This document shows positions 42,912 through 51,511 of a DNA stretch of 64,000 nucleotides, one piece after another. The notes under the pieces are model-generated. The model saw only the letters and a program-made list of their open reading frames with translations, searched no databases and had not been told where the DNA came from. Position numbers and translations under genes: made by a program. The stretch comes from a virus, in the IMG/VR virus record IMGVR_UViG_3300036826_000588, positions 1 to 64,000 of that record; one strand, written 5' to 3'. Every line of letters starts with the position of its first letter. The first letter of the stretch is position 1.

Positions 42912-43526
42912 TCAGTTGGGGACCGGGTCTGCCTTGACCACCTGCCGGTGCGTGTACTGCGTCCCGTCCCACTTGCCGGTGCAGGTGATCAGGTACAGCT
43001 CCGCGGGCCCGCTCGTGCTGAACAGCTCGGGCAGGTTGGTGCCGGCCACGACGGACTTCGAGCTTGCAACCCGGTAGGAGAAGGTCAGGCCGTCCACGGT
43101 CATGACCTTGACGGTGGCGCCCACGACGAGGCTGGAGAGCTTCCAGAAGACCGCCGGAGCGTCCTTGCCGTTCACCGGCCAGTCGAGGTGGCCGTCGAAC
43201 GTGACGGCGCCGCTCGGATTACCCGGGGAGGCCCCGAGTGCGTACCAGCCTACGTTGACTGGTTTGGACGGCACGGCCATTTCGAGCGCCGCGGCGGCGC
43301 CCTTCGGGCGTGGGGACGCGAGCACTACACCGAGCGCCTCCACGTCTGCGTTGACCCCGATTGAGTCGATCACCAGCCGCTGTGGCTGATGATCGACCGC
43401 GGGGGTGAGAGTTGCAGTTGGAGCGGCAGTCGGCGCGATCGGAGCGACCTTGGGCGTCCCAGCGGCCGCTTGTCCGCCACAGGCACCCAGGGCCAGGGCG
43501 GTCAGCAGCGCGACGACTCGCTTCAC
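42912..43526 (-). CDS. Class F sortase
   Basis: Lipobox LGAC; VGWY..G..PG, DGHLD, LYLITCTG...Y..R (His/Cys/Arg triad). Confidence 0.9.
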   Translation of the reverse strand: MKRVVALLTALALGACGGQAAAGTPKVAPIAPTAAPTATLTPAVDHQPQRLVIDSIGVNADVEALGVVLASPRPKGAAAALEMAVPSKPVNVGWYALGASPGNPSGAVTFDGHLDWPVNGKDAPAVFWKLSSLVVGATVKVMTVDGLTFSYRVASSKSVVAGTNLPELFSTSGPAELYLITCTGKWDGTQYTHRQVVKADPVPN

Positions 43527-43530
43527 GGCT

Positions 43531-44343
43531 CTACGCCTGGCGGCCCGTGTCGGGCAGCCCGACCGAGGTGCTGGTCAGGACTGGGGTCGGAGTGGGCTCC
43601 GGAGTAGGCGTGCCGCTCGGCGTGGCCGTCGGCGTCGGGGTAGCCGCCACCTTGGGGGTCTCGGTCGCGCAGGCGTGCGCGAGCTTGATGGGCTTGCTGA
43701 GGTACTCGGTGAGCTTCAGGTGGGCCGGCACCGCAGGGACCCCAGGAATGGCAGGATGGCCCTGCGGGCCAGGGACCGCCGGCACGGCGGGGACCGCCGG
43801 CACTTCCGGCACGAAGTCCAGCCTGGGCAGTACGACCGTGGCGTCGGCGCAGTTCTCGTGCGCCGTGGTGCCGTTCACGATCTCGTTGACGAGCAGCTTC
43901 TCGCTCTCCCCGGCCTTCAGTGTTCCGACGCTCCAGGCGCCGGTGCCGAGGCTGAAGGTGCCCTTCGTGGGGAAGGCGCCGCTGAAGAGGAGGTCCGCAC
44001 CCAGGGAGGGCAGGACGTCGGCGACGGTGACGTTGGGCACGTCAAGCACCTTGCTCGGGTTGGAGACGGTGACCGTCCACTGGATCGTGTCCCCCACGGC
44101 GGGAGTGGCGTTGGAGACGGTCTTCTTGAGGTCGAGCACCTTGCACGCCGCCAACTGGTCTCCCAGCTTGGCGAGCTGCGCGGCCTCCAGGTCCGCGGGC
44201 GAGATGGCCGCTACGGTCTGGGCGTCGACGACCCGACACAGCGTCGGGAGATCGTTCGTCGCCGTTGCGGCTGCCGGCGTGGCCCCCATGGCGAGGACCA
44301 GCGAAGCAGCGGCCGCGGAGGCGCTGAGAAGTCGTCGAATCAC
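43531..44343 (-). CDS. Secreted DUF11-domain protein with C-terminal LPDTG
   Basis: AGGAGG RBS, signal peptide, LKKTVSNATPAVGDTIQWTVTVSN, PT linker, LPDTGRQA-stop. Confidence 0.8.
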   Translation of the reverse strand: MIRRLLSASAAAASLVLAMGATPAAATATNDLPTLCRVVDAQTVAAISPADLEAAQLAKLGDQLAACKVLDLKKTVSNATPAVGDTIQWTVTVSNPSKVLDVPNVTVADVLPSLGADLLFSGAFPTKGTFSLGTGAWSVGTLKAGESEKLLVNEIVNGTTAHENCADATVVLPRLDFVPEVPAVPAVPAVPGPQGHPAIPGVPAVPAHLKLTEYLSKPIKLAHACATETPKVAATPTPTATPSGTPTPEPTPTPVLTSTSVGLPDTGRQA

Positions 44344-45116
44344 GGAGATGGGAACCTCCTGACGTAGTGCCGCAGCTCGGCGGCCGCCGGCCGAGCGAAC
44401 GACGTTGGCGAGAGGGTGGCGGCACATGGTCTACCCCACAGGAAAGCCCTGCTGTCGTCACAACGCGGCCGAAGCCGAAAGGGGTACGTCCTGGACGACA
44501 AATCTTCACTCCGGCTTCGCAGGGAAGGCTTGGAAGGAAGGCGGCCGGCCGGCTCGGCTGGGAGAGACCGACCACCTTCCGGAGGGAGGGAGGGCATGTG
44601 TATACGGCCAGGTACCGGAAGGCACCTGACGATTGTCAGTTTCCCAACTCCCGGGAGACTGCGGATGCCTCCCGGGAACCGGGCAACCATGTTCAGGCGG
44701 AAGGTGCTGTTGAGCTTCCAAACCTTCCAGACGCTCCTTCTCGGGGATCTGGTCGGTGTTCCGAGAGAAAGATTTGCCCGACCAGGGTCCCATCTGGTAT
44801 GGTCGCCGCCGCCTGGCCTGTTTGGGAGTGGGAGCGGACGAGCGAAAGGATGGAGAAGCAACGACTGGCGCCGCGGGGGAAACGCCGCAGGAGGTTGCAC
44901 CACTGGCGGACCGGGGCGGACCGGAGGGGGACTCCTCTCGGGCCCGCTGATGTATGGCTACTGACTGTCACGCGCGCGCGAAACGTGTGTGCGATAGCAC
45001 ATCACCTTTGGAAAAGCAGCCCTCGACATTCCTTGACTCGTTCAGTTAATCTCCCGTTTGCAACTTTTACGCAACAGAGCAAGGGGCCCTCGGGAGGGCT
45101 GACGGGAGGTGGCCGT

Positions 45117-45665
45117 GTGGTGAACGGCGAGGATTCGGCGTACGTTCAACGAACTCAGTTTGATGCCCTCTACACGTCCAACAGGACGCGGGTTTACCGG
45201 ACGGTCCGCGGCATCGTGCTGGATCCGACGGCCGCAGAGGATCTGACTCAGGAGACCTTCGAGCGGACGTTCCGCTGGATGCTGTCTCACGAGTCGACCG
45301 ATGTCAACGCCCTCCTTCATCGGGTCGCGGTCAACACCTCGATCTCCCACCTTCGTCGCCAGCGCCTCACCCGCCTGCTACCCTTCAAGCTGGGCCCGAT
45401 CGGCAATGCTTCTTCTGGACTTGAGCAGGTTGAAGCGCGTGACTTGGCAACGCAGGCGCTGGCAGCTCTCACGCCCAAGCTGAGGGTTGTCGTGATCCTT
45501 CACTTCTATAGCGACATGACTCGGGATGAGATCGCCGCCACCCTGGGCATTCCGCCGAACACCGTGGCGTCGCGGATGGCCGCAGCGGTCAAGACGATGC
45601 GCCGGGTGATGGGTGGTGGCGCGGGCCCTACATGCCAGAAGGGGGCGGAAGGCAATGCGGGTTAG
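45117..45665 (+). CDS. ECF RNA polymerase sigma factor
   Basis: AEDLTQETF (region 2); LTPKLRVVVILHFY..MTRDEIAATLGIP..TVASR (region 4). Confidence 0.9.
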   Translation: MVNGEDSAYVQRTQFDALYTSNRTRVYRTVRGIVLDPTAAEDLTQETFERTFRWMLSHESTDVNALLHRVAVNTSISHLRRQRLTRLLPFKLGPIGNASSGLEQVEARDLATQALAALTPKLRVVVILHFYSDMTRDEIAATLGIPPNTVASRMAAAVKTMRRVMGGGAGPTCQKGAEGNAG

Positions 45666-46410
45666 TAGTCGTGCCGATACGGAGCTCGGTCAAGAGTTCC
45701 CCGAAGCGGAGATCCTCCGGCGGCGGATTGCGAGCTGGCAGCCGACAGAGCGGCTGCCGCTCTACTGGTTGCGTGTACTACCGGATCCTCCATCGCGGAG
45801 AAGCCGGAGGCTGCGTACGGTGCTGGTCGTCGCGGTTGTGGCTGGCGCGCTCGTGCTGACCCTCTCGACCGTCGGCAGCTCCAACAGGATGAACCTGTGG
45901 AGTTCGATGCAAAACGCCGCCAACGAGGCGATGAAGCAGCTCGTACCGCCGAGCCCGGTCTCCTCGCCGCTGCCGTCCGACCGGCCGGTCGGGAGCGTGC
46001 AGTCGCCGCCGAGCCAGGCCGCCGCTCCAGCTCCGACGGCGGAGGCGGTCGCGGCGAATCCGCCGGCCCCGGCGGCGAGCGCGAGTGCCCCGAGCAGCCA
46101 CGGTGGCGGCGGCACGGCTGCGCCCGGCCCCGTCAACGTCACGGTCACCTCCGTCCCTGCTGGCACGAAGGACCAGGGCGTTTCGGTCGGCGCGCCGCCG
46201 CAGGGCGTCATGACCGGCTCGGTCAGCGAGGGGCCCATCTACGCGGGCGGAACGATCTACCAGAACGGTGTGACCGGCTGCCTGGGTGTGATCGACCAGA
46301 CCACCGAGACGATCGTCTGCGGCACGGTGGCGCTGCCGGTCGACGTTCCGCTGCCCACCCTGCCGGCGCCGAAGGTGCCCGACGCAACGAAGGTGACGTC
46401 TGCTCCGTGA
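45655..46410 (+). CDS. Putative anti-sigma membrane protein
   Basis: Overlaps the sigma gene; single TM helix then Pro-rich extracytoplasmic part. Confidence 0.55.
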   Translation: MRVSSRADTELGQEFPEAEILRRRIASWQPTERLPLYWLRVLPDPPSRRSRRLRTVLVVAVVAGALVLTLSTVGSSNRMNLWSSMQNAANEAMKQLVPPSPVSSPLPSDRPVGSVQSPPSQAAAPAPTAEAVAANPPAPAASASAPSSHGGGGTAAPGPVNVTVTSVPAGTKDQGVSVGAPPQGVMTGSVSEGPIYAGGTIYQNGVTGCLGVIDQTTETIVCGTVALPVDVPLPTLPAPKVPDATKVTSAP

Positions 46411-46534
46411 AGCGGCTCCTGCGGATGGGGGGAGGCTTCGGCCTGGGATTCGTCATGGGGCTCCCGGCCGGCGCCATCATCGGCTTCGCCGTCTTCCTGG
46501 GCCTGATGTGCGCCCCCTACTCGGGCTGTCGCGC

Positions 46535-47074
46535 ATGGTGACGCGCGCGCCCGCGGGCCTGCGCTGGCTCGCCACCGCTCTCGCTCTGGCCGCCTGCGCG
46601 GCACTCGTCGGTTGCTCTGGCGTGGCTACTACCGCGAAGCGCGGTAGCGAGGTCGCCACGGCCACGCCGACTCCGGCGCCCAAGCCGCCGACCACCGAAC
46701 AGATTCAGGCGGCGTTCAAGACGGCTGGCCTGCCCATCGATGGCTACACCGTGTTCACGGTGGAGAACGACGACAACCACCTCCTCGGCCGTCCGAACCA
46801 GTACGTGGCCAAGATGTCCTGGCACGACTCCCGTCTTCGGGCGCCGCTGCACCCGGGCGACCTCACGGTCGAGGACGGCGGTTCCATCGAAATCTTCGCG
46901 GCCGCCGCCGACCGAGCGCCGCGAGAGAAGTACGTCCATGCCACCACCAGCGCCGTAAGCGCCTTCGCCGAGTACGAATACGACGTCGGCGAGTTCGCGT
47001 TCCTGCGCTTGACCCACTTTCTGACCCCCGACCAGGCTGCGGCGTACAAGGCAGCTCTCGCCGGGACCGCATAG
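46535..47074 (+). CDS. Putative lipoprotein
   Basis: Lipobox LVGC; HLLGRPNQYVAK and GGSIEIF motifs. Confidence 0.65.
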   Translation: MVTRAPAGLRWLATALALAACAALVGCSGVATTAKRGSEVATATPTPAPKPPTTEQIQAAFKTAGLPIDGYTVFTVENDDNHLLGRPNQYVAKMSWHDSRLRAPLHPGDLTVEDGGSIEIFAAAADRAPREKYVHATTSAVSAFAEYEYDVGEFAFLRLTHFLTPDQAAAYKAALAGTA

Positions 47075-47127
47075 GCACCTGCCCGGGTCGCTTCGCGCGC
47101 GCGAGGCGGTAGCGTTGAAATTGGGTG

Positions 47128-47156
47128 TTGACCTCCGCTCCACCGTGGTGTATGGT
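47128..47156 (+). promoter_or_regulatory. Promoter of tRNA array 1
   Basis: TTGACC-17-TATGGT. Confidence 0.75.
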
Positions 47157-47165
47157 CAAAGCGTC

Positions 47166-47291
47166 GTGAGGACACAACCCTTCTTCGTCAACCAGCAGCC
47201 GTGCATCGCCCGTGTGGGCGATCCCATGGCACCCTGGCATGCCGTCGAAGGCCAGGCCCTCGGGACGAAGGAGGTAGGAGCGGGTAGGTAG
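47166..47291 (+). CDS. Putative leader peptide of tRNA array 1 (41 aa)
   Basis: MRTQPFFVNQQPCIARVGDPMAPWHAVEGQALGTKEVGAGR; GTG 9 nt after the -10 box; overlaps an antiterminator strand. Confidence 0.55.
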   Translation: MRTQPFFVNQQPCIARVGDPMAPWHAVEGQALGTKEVGAGR

Positions 47292-47317
47292 AGCTCCGAA
47301 GCTCCGGAACCCGCTCC

Positions 47318-47355
47318 CGAAGGGCCTGGCAGGACGCCAGGCCCTTCGTCGTTGT
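47318..47355 (+). terminator. Attenuator-like terminator hairpin
   Basis: CGAAGGGCCTGGC-AGGAC-GCCAGGCCCTTCG with a weak T tail; 5' arm can instead pair with 47251-47265. Confidence 0.65.
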
Positions 47356-47432
47356 AGGGGCGCGGAGTCGCCCCGATCGTCCGGCTGAACTTTGTCATCC
47401 GAATAGAGCGAAGAACACCAACGGTGGCGGCT

Positions 47433-47505
47433 GCTCGTGGGGCCCGCTGGCGTGGGCGCCTGCCTGTCGAGCAGGAACAGGACGGTTCGATTCCGTTCAC
47501 GAGCG
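47433..47505 (+). tRNA. tRNA-Asp(GTC), atypical (G8, no encoded CCA)
   Basis: Cloverleaf; loop CTGTCGA; TTCGATT. Confidence 0.8.
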
Positions 47506-47535
47506 CCGCCACCTCTTTTCAGCCATGCCGCATCG

Positions 47536-47779
47536 GGCTGTACCGTTCTCGGCAATGGCTGACCAGAGTGAGCAGCAGACAGGAACGTTGGCCGCGCGCG
47601 TCGACGTGATGCTCGTGAGCACCGAGAAGGATGGGCCGCAAGGGTTGCGGACCTTCGTTTCGGTTCGGAGGACAGACTTCCTCCTGGAGATCGCGGAGGC
47701 GCTCCACACTGCGGCGGAGGCGATGGAAGACCACGCAACAGCGGGCTCTCCATCGCCTCCGCGACAGACGAACGACTGA
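47536..47779 (+). CDS. Small hypothetical protein inside the tRNA array
   Basis: ORF frame of 47525-47779; start uncertain (likely ATG near 47555). Confidence 0.35.
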
Positions 47780-47792
47780 CGGACGGTTCGGT

Positions 47793-47866
47793 TGGGGGGT
47801 GGCCAAGTTGGTAAGGCGCCGGGCCCTGAACTCGGAGACGCGGAGGTTCAAGTCCTCCTCCCCCAG
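47793..47866 (+). tRNA. tRNA-Gln(CTG)
   Basis: Cloverleaf; loop CCCTGAA (C33). Confidence 0.9.
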
Positions 47867-47883
47867 CCGAGCCGATCCGACAC

Positions 47884-47972
47884 TCCAGGGATGCTGTGAC
47901 GGTATTGGCGGCCGGGCTTTGAACTCGGTGGGGCGAGAGCCCTCGGGGGTTCGACTCCCTCCCCTGGAACCA
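47884..47972 (+). tRNA. tRNA with TTG (Gln) anticodon and long variable arm
   Basis: TCCAGGG/CCCTGGA acceptor, loop CTTTGAA, GGGC-GAGA-GCCC arm, ACCA. Confidence 0.8.
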
Positions 47973-48052
47973 GCAGCTACCATGGATCCATGACGAAGCC
48001 ACTGCTATGACGGCCCCGGACTGGCCGAGGCCGATCCACAGGAGGCTTTGCC

Positions 48053-48319
48053 GTGTACCGCATGACCCTCTTCCTCCCGCCTTGGGCCGTCAGCACCGAT
48101 GACCAGGCGATGGAAGTCTGCGATCAGATCGCCACGCTGTGCGACCAGCTCCTGGGCCGCCCCAGCTCGGGCGAGTCGAAGCTCACGTACGTCCTGACCA
48201 GCGAGGTCGACGAAGACGAAGATGACGACGACGCCCAGGACCGGTGGATGCAGGAGAACCTGTTCCACCCGCGCGTGCGCGGCGTCATCATCCCGCGTCC
48301 GGTCGGCGAACTTCAGTAG
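48053..48319 (+). CDS. Small acidic hypothetical protein
   Basis: AGGAGG RBS. Confidence 0.55.
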   Translation: MYRMTLFLPPWAVSTDDQAMEVCDQIATLCDQLLGRPSSGESKLTYVLTSEVDEDEDDDDAQDRWMQENLFHPRVRGVIIPRPVGELQ

Positions 48320-48320
48320 T

Positions 48321-48396
48321 GCGGGCGTAGCTCAGTTGGCAGAGCGCGGGCTTGCCAAGTCCGAGGCCGCGGGTTCGAGGCCCGCCGCTCGCTCCA
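48321..48396 (+). tRNA. tRNA-Gly(GCC)
   Basis: Canonical cloverleaf, TCCA. Confidence 0.95.
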
Positions 48397-48401
48397 CCCG
48401 A

Positions 48402-48476
48402 GGGCTCGTAGCCGAGTCTGGTCAGGCACCGGTCTGCAAAACCGGTACGACGCCAGTTCAAATCTGGCCGAGCCCT
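48402..48476 (+). tRNA. tRNA-Cys(GCA)
   Basis: Loop CTGCAAA, U73. Confidence 0.9.
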
Positions 48477-48823
48477 CCGGTGGAACCCTCTCGTCAGAGC
48501 GGCTGGATGACCAGGCGCGACGGTTTGCCGCTGGCCTCCAGGGCCGCGTTGACGAACGAGATCGCGTCGATGATGGCCATCGTGATGTCTTCCGGATCGT
48601 AGCCATGGAGGACGCTGGCGCTTCCAGCGCTGCTCTCGATGTCCTTGGCGCTCACGATGACGACGGCGCGCACGTCGGCGGCCTCCGGGCCGAGCTCCAC
48701 GAGCACCTGTCTCATGTGATCGGCGATGCGGCTCAGTCGGTTCGGCGGTTCGAACGCCTTCCAGGCGCCGGGCGTCAGGCCGTCAGGCACGATGAACTCG
48801 GTCATGTGACCAGTATCGACCAC

Positions 48824-48900
48824 GCCGAGGTAGCTCAGATGGTAAGAGCGCTCGCCTGAAAAGCGAGAGGCCGCTGGCCCGAACCCAGCTCTCGGCGCCA
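48824..48900 (+). tRNA. tRNA-Phe(GAA), variant T-loop CCCGAAC
   Basis: Cloverleaf, GCCA end. Confidence 0.85.
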
Positions 48901-49123
48901 CCTTCCCCGGTGGATCGGGTTTGCAGCTCCGCTGACGACGGATGGGACGATCGTCTGCCGGCGGCAACGTCGGCACCCGCGAACGCGGCATAGCCGATCG
49001 CCCTGGTCAGGCGTCGAGCTCGCCCGATCCCCGGGGAAGGTGGTAGGATTGCAGCGTACGCCCCCGGTCCGCCTCTCACGGAAGCCGCCGGGGGCATGGC
49101 TTCTCCCTCCAGCGCTTCGCCGT

Positions 49124-49199
49124 GCCCGGGTAGCTCAGATGGGAGAGCGCCTGTGTCACATACAGGAGGCCACTGGTTCGAGGCCAGTCCTGGGCACCA
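49124..49199 (+). tRNA. tRNA-Val(CAC)
   Basis: Cloverleaf, ACCA. Confidence 0.92.
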
Positions 49200-49302
49200 A
49201 TCCCTTCCGCATCTTCGCTGGGAGGAGCCGGACAGTAGTCGCTGACGAGCGGTGAAGGTGCCGACGAGCCGCCAGCTCGCTCCCTCCAGCGGCGATGCGT
49301 AC

Positions 49303-49377
49303 GCCCGAGTAGCTCAACGGTAGAGCGCCAGCATGACACGCTGGAGGCAGGAGGGTCGGCACCTCCCTTGGGCACCA
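49303..49377 (+). tRNA. tRNA-Val(GAC), variant T-loop GTCGGCA
   Basis: Cloverleaf, ACCA. Confidence 0.85.
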
Positions 49378-49381
49378 ACAC

Positions 49382-49467
49382 TGGCAGGTGGCCGAGAGGT
49401 AAGGCGCCCGGCTGTTAACCGGAGACCACCGAGAGGTGCGCGGGTTCAAGTCCTGCCCTGCCAGCCA
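49382..49467 (+). tRNA. tRNA-Asn(GTT) with long variable arm
   Basis: Loop CTGTTAA, CACC-GAGA-GGTG arm, GCCA. Confidence 0.88.
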
Positions 49468-49495
49468 ATCCCTACAACCACGTTGAGCTGCTGAT

Positions 49496-49571
49496 CGGGC
49501 GGTGGCGCAGTAGGCAGCGCGCTTGGCTGGGGGCCAAGAGGTCGTCGGTTCGAGACCGACTCGCCCGACCA
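49496..49571 (+). tRNA. tRNA-Pro(GGG)
   Basis: C1-G72, ACCA. Confidence 0.92.
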
Positions 49572-49637
49572 GCAGCTCAACATCGGGGTCGAGCGGCGCC
49601 CTGACGGGGGTCGCTCGGCGCCGGCCCTTCACAACAT

Positions 49638-49715
49638 CGCGCGGCAGAGCAGTCAGGAGTGCTCGCTTGCCCCGGACGCAAGAGATCGGTGGTTCGAGTC
49701 CACCTCGCGCGACCA
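49638..49715 (+). tRNA. tRNA-Pro(CGG)
   Basis: Loop CCCGGAC (C33), C8, ACCA. Confidence 0.88.
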
Positions 49716-50100
49716 GCAACTTTCCTCCGCAGACCCTGGACGATCGGCGGTCCGTTTGAGTACCATGCTCGCTGGCATGCGAATGGCAGCGTGGGCGTGG
49801 GTGGGTTGTGGCATTGGTGCGTTCTTGGCGGGTGTGGGCGTGGGCATGGTGCTCGGGTACTACGGCTTCATCCACGGCTGGTTCTGGATGCCACTCCCGC
49901 CGCCTGTGATGTAGGAATACACCCTCTCTGAGGCCGCCTGTGCGTGCGCAGGCGGCCTCGCTGAGCCTGAGCATTGAGTAAGCTGAGGTCGCTGGTCGAG
50001 TTCGTCATCGCGCTGTTGGTCATGTGCGCGATCGTCGTTCTGGTTGTCCTGGTGGCTTCCTACTTCGGCGGCTTCCCAGCGTCGTAGCCTCCGGTCCTGT

Positions 50101-50173
50101 CGGGCGGTAGCGTAGCGGTCAACGCGCGCGGTTTGGAACCGCGAGGTCCGGTGTTCGACTCACCGTCGCCCGA
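50101..50173 (+). tRNA. tRNA-Pro(TGG)
   Basis: Cloverleaf; no encoded CCA. Confidence 0.88.
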
Positions 50174-50381
50174 CAGGCTCGCGGGGCAACCGAACAGGCC
50201 CGGTACTCCGGAGCCATGATCTCCAGATTCCTCTTCGGGCTCGCGGCGCTGGCCTTCCTGCTGGCGCTCGCTCACGTCACCCTCGGCACGCTCGATCTGC
50301 TGCCGCTGGGGCTGTTCCTTCTCGCGCTGGGGCTGCTGGCCGCAGACGTGCCGTGGCCGACCTGGCGCCGGCCGTGAACGC

Positions 50382-50457
50382 AGGGGTGTAGCTCAGCCGG
50401 CAGAGCGCTCGTCTCCAAAACGAGTGGTCGAGGGTTCGATTCCTTCCGCCCCTGCCA
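50382..50457 (+). tRNA. tRNA-Trp(CCA)
   Basis: Canonical cloverleaf, GCCA. Confidence 0.95.
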
Positions 50458-50480
50458 ACTTCCGTCGATCGCTCGATGAT

Positions 50481-50556
50481 GGGGACGTAGCTCACCAGGG
50501 AGAGCACCTGTTTCGCAATCAGGAGGCAGAGGGTTCGAGTCCCTCCGTCTCCACCA
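50481..50556 (+). tRNA. tRNA-Ala(CGC)
   Basis: G3:U70 pair, ACCA. Confidence 0.93.
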
Positions 50557-50598
50557 TCGGGTTATCCGTCGCTCACGCTCATTGTCGCCATGCTTCAT

Positions 50599-50674
50599 GG
50601 CCCGTTCGCCAAGTGGTCAAGGCGCGGGACTTTCAATCCCGTATACGCGGGTTCGAGCCCCGCACGGGCTACCA
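50599..50674 (+). tRNA. tRNA-Glu(TTC)
   Basis: Cloverleaf, ACCA. Confidence 0.93.
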
Positions 50675-50902
50675 TTCGATTCGCGAACTCGACGGGAGGG
50701 GCGGCCCACGAGGCCGTCCACCCCTCGACAGGGCAACTACGCCATCGATGGAACCTTGCCGACGGAATGAGGTACCGCGGCACAATCACCCTCACGCTGC
50801 CGGTCGTGGCCGACCTGGCACCCGAGGTGAGCTTGAACCTCGTGGTCGGGCCGGTGCGCACGCGGCACCTCCAGCAAACCGCTTTGCAAGGAGAGCCGCG
50901 CG

Positions 50903-51241
50903 ATGGCGACGACAGTTCAGCTCACCGACGTCCAGGAAGTCCGGCTGTCGATCAGCCCGAAGGACAGCCAGGGGAACCTGGCGTCGGTTGACGGTGTCCC
51001 GACCTGGGAGTCGAGCGACGAGTCGGTCCTGACCGTCGCGGCCGTCTCCGACGACGGCCTGATGGCGGATGCCGTGACGGTCGGCCCGCTGGGAACCGCG
51101 ACCGTGACGGTCACCGCCGACGCGGACCTGGGCGACGGCGTCACCACGCTGAGCGACACGGTGGACATCACCGTCGTGGCGAGCCAGGCGTCCGCCCTGA
51201 ACGTGGCGGTGGGCACGCCGACCGAGCGCCCGGCGGCGTAG
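50903..51241 (+). CDS. Ig-like domain protein
   Basis: AGGAG RBS; PTWESSDESVLTV...G.ATVTVTA pattern. Confidence 0.7.
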   Translation: MATTVQLTDVQEVRLSISPKDSQGNLASVDGVPTWESSDESVLTVAAVSDDGLMADAVTVGPLGTATVTVTADADLGDGVTTLSDTVDITVVASQASALNVAVGTPTERPAA

Positions 51242-51303
51242 CGTCCATTCGGACCTGAAGACGGCAGTACCGGGCGTCCGGCCCGGGAAGGTGAAGTGCC
51301 GTC

Positions 51304-51332
51304 CGACGGCGGGGCACGGTGCCCCGCCGTCG
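51304..51332. repeat. Perfect 14-bp inverted repeat
   Basis: CGACGGCGGGGCAC-G-GTGCCCCGCCGTCG. Confidence 0.7.
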
Positions 51333-51341
51333 CTTACTTGC

Positions 51342-51412
51342 TGCGGAGCCAGGCGGCCGCGGGGCCTCATAAGCCCTGCCGGGCTCGGTTCGACTTCCGG
51401 CCTCCGCAACCA
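51342..51412 (+). tRNA. tRNA-Met(CAT)-like with truncated D-arm
   Basis: TGCGGAG/CTCCGCA acceptor, loop CTCATAA, TTCGACT, ACCA; only about 12 nt between acceptor and anticodon stems. Confidence 0.65.
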
Positions 51413-51432
51413 CTTCGACTCCAACCAAGCGT

Positions 51433-51511
51433 GCCGCGTTGGGCCAGTCTGGTTCAAGCCACCACTCCCTCAAAGTGGAGATCGCGGGTTCAAATCCCGC
51501 CCGCGGCACCA
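51433..51511 (+). tRNA. tRNA-Glu(CTC)
   Basis: Loop CCCTCAA (C33), ACCA. Confidence 0.9.

Noticed and set aside
44367-45116. N-terminal extension of the sigma-factor ORF, or a known riboswitch in the spacer
   Set aside because: The extension is low-complexity and a good RBS precedes 45117; no c-di-GMP or c-di-AMP consensus could be matched by eye
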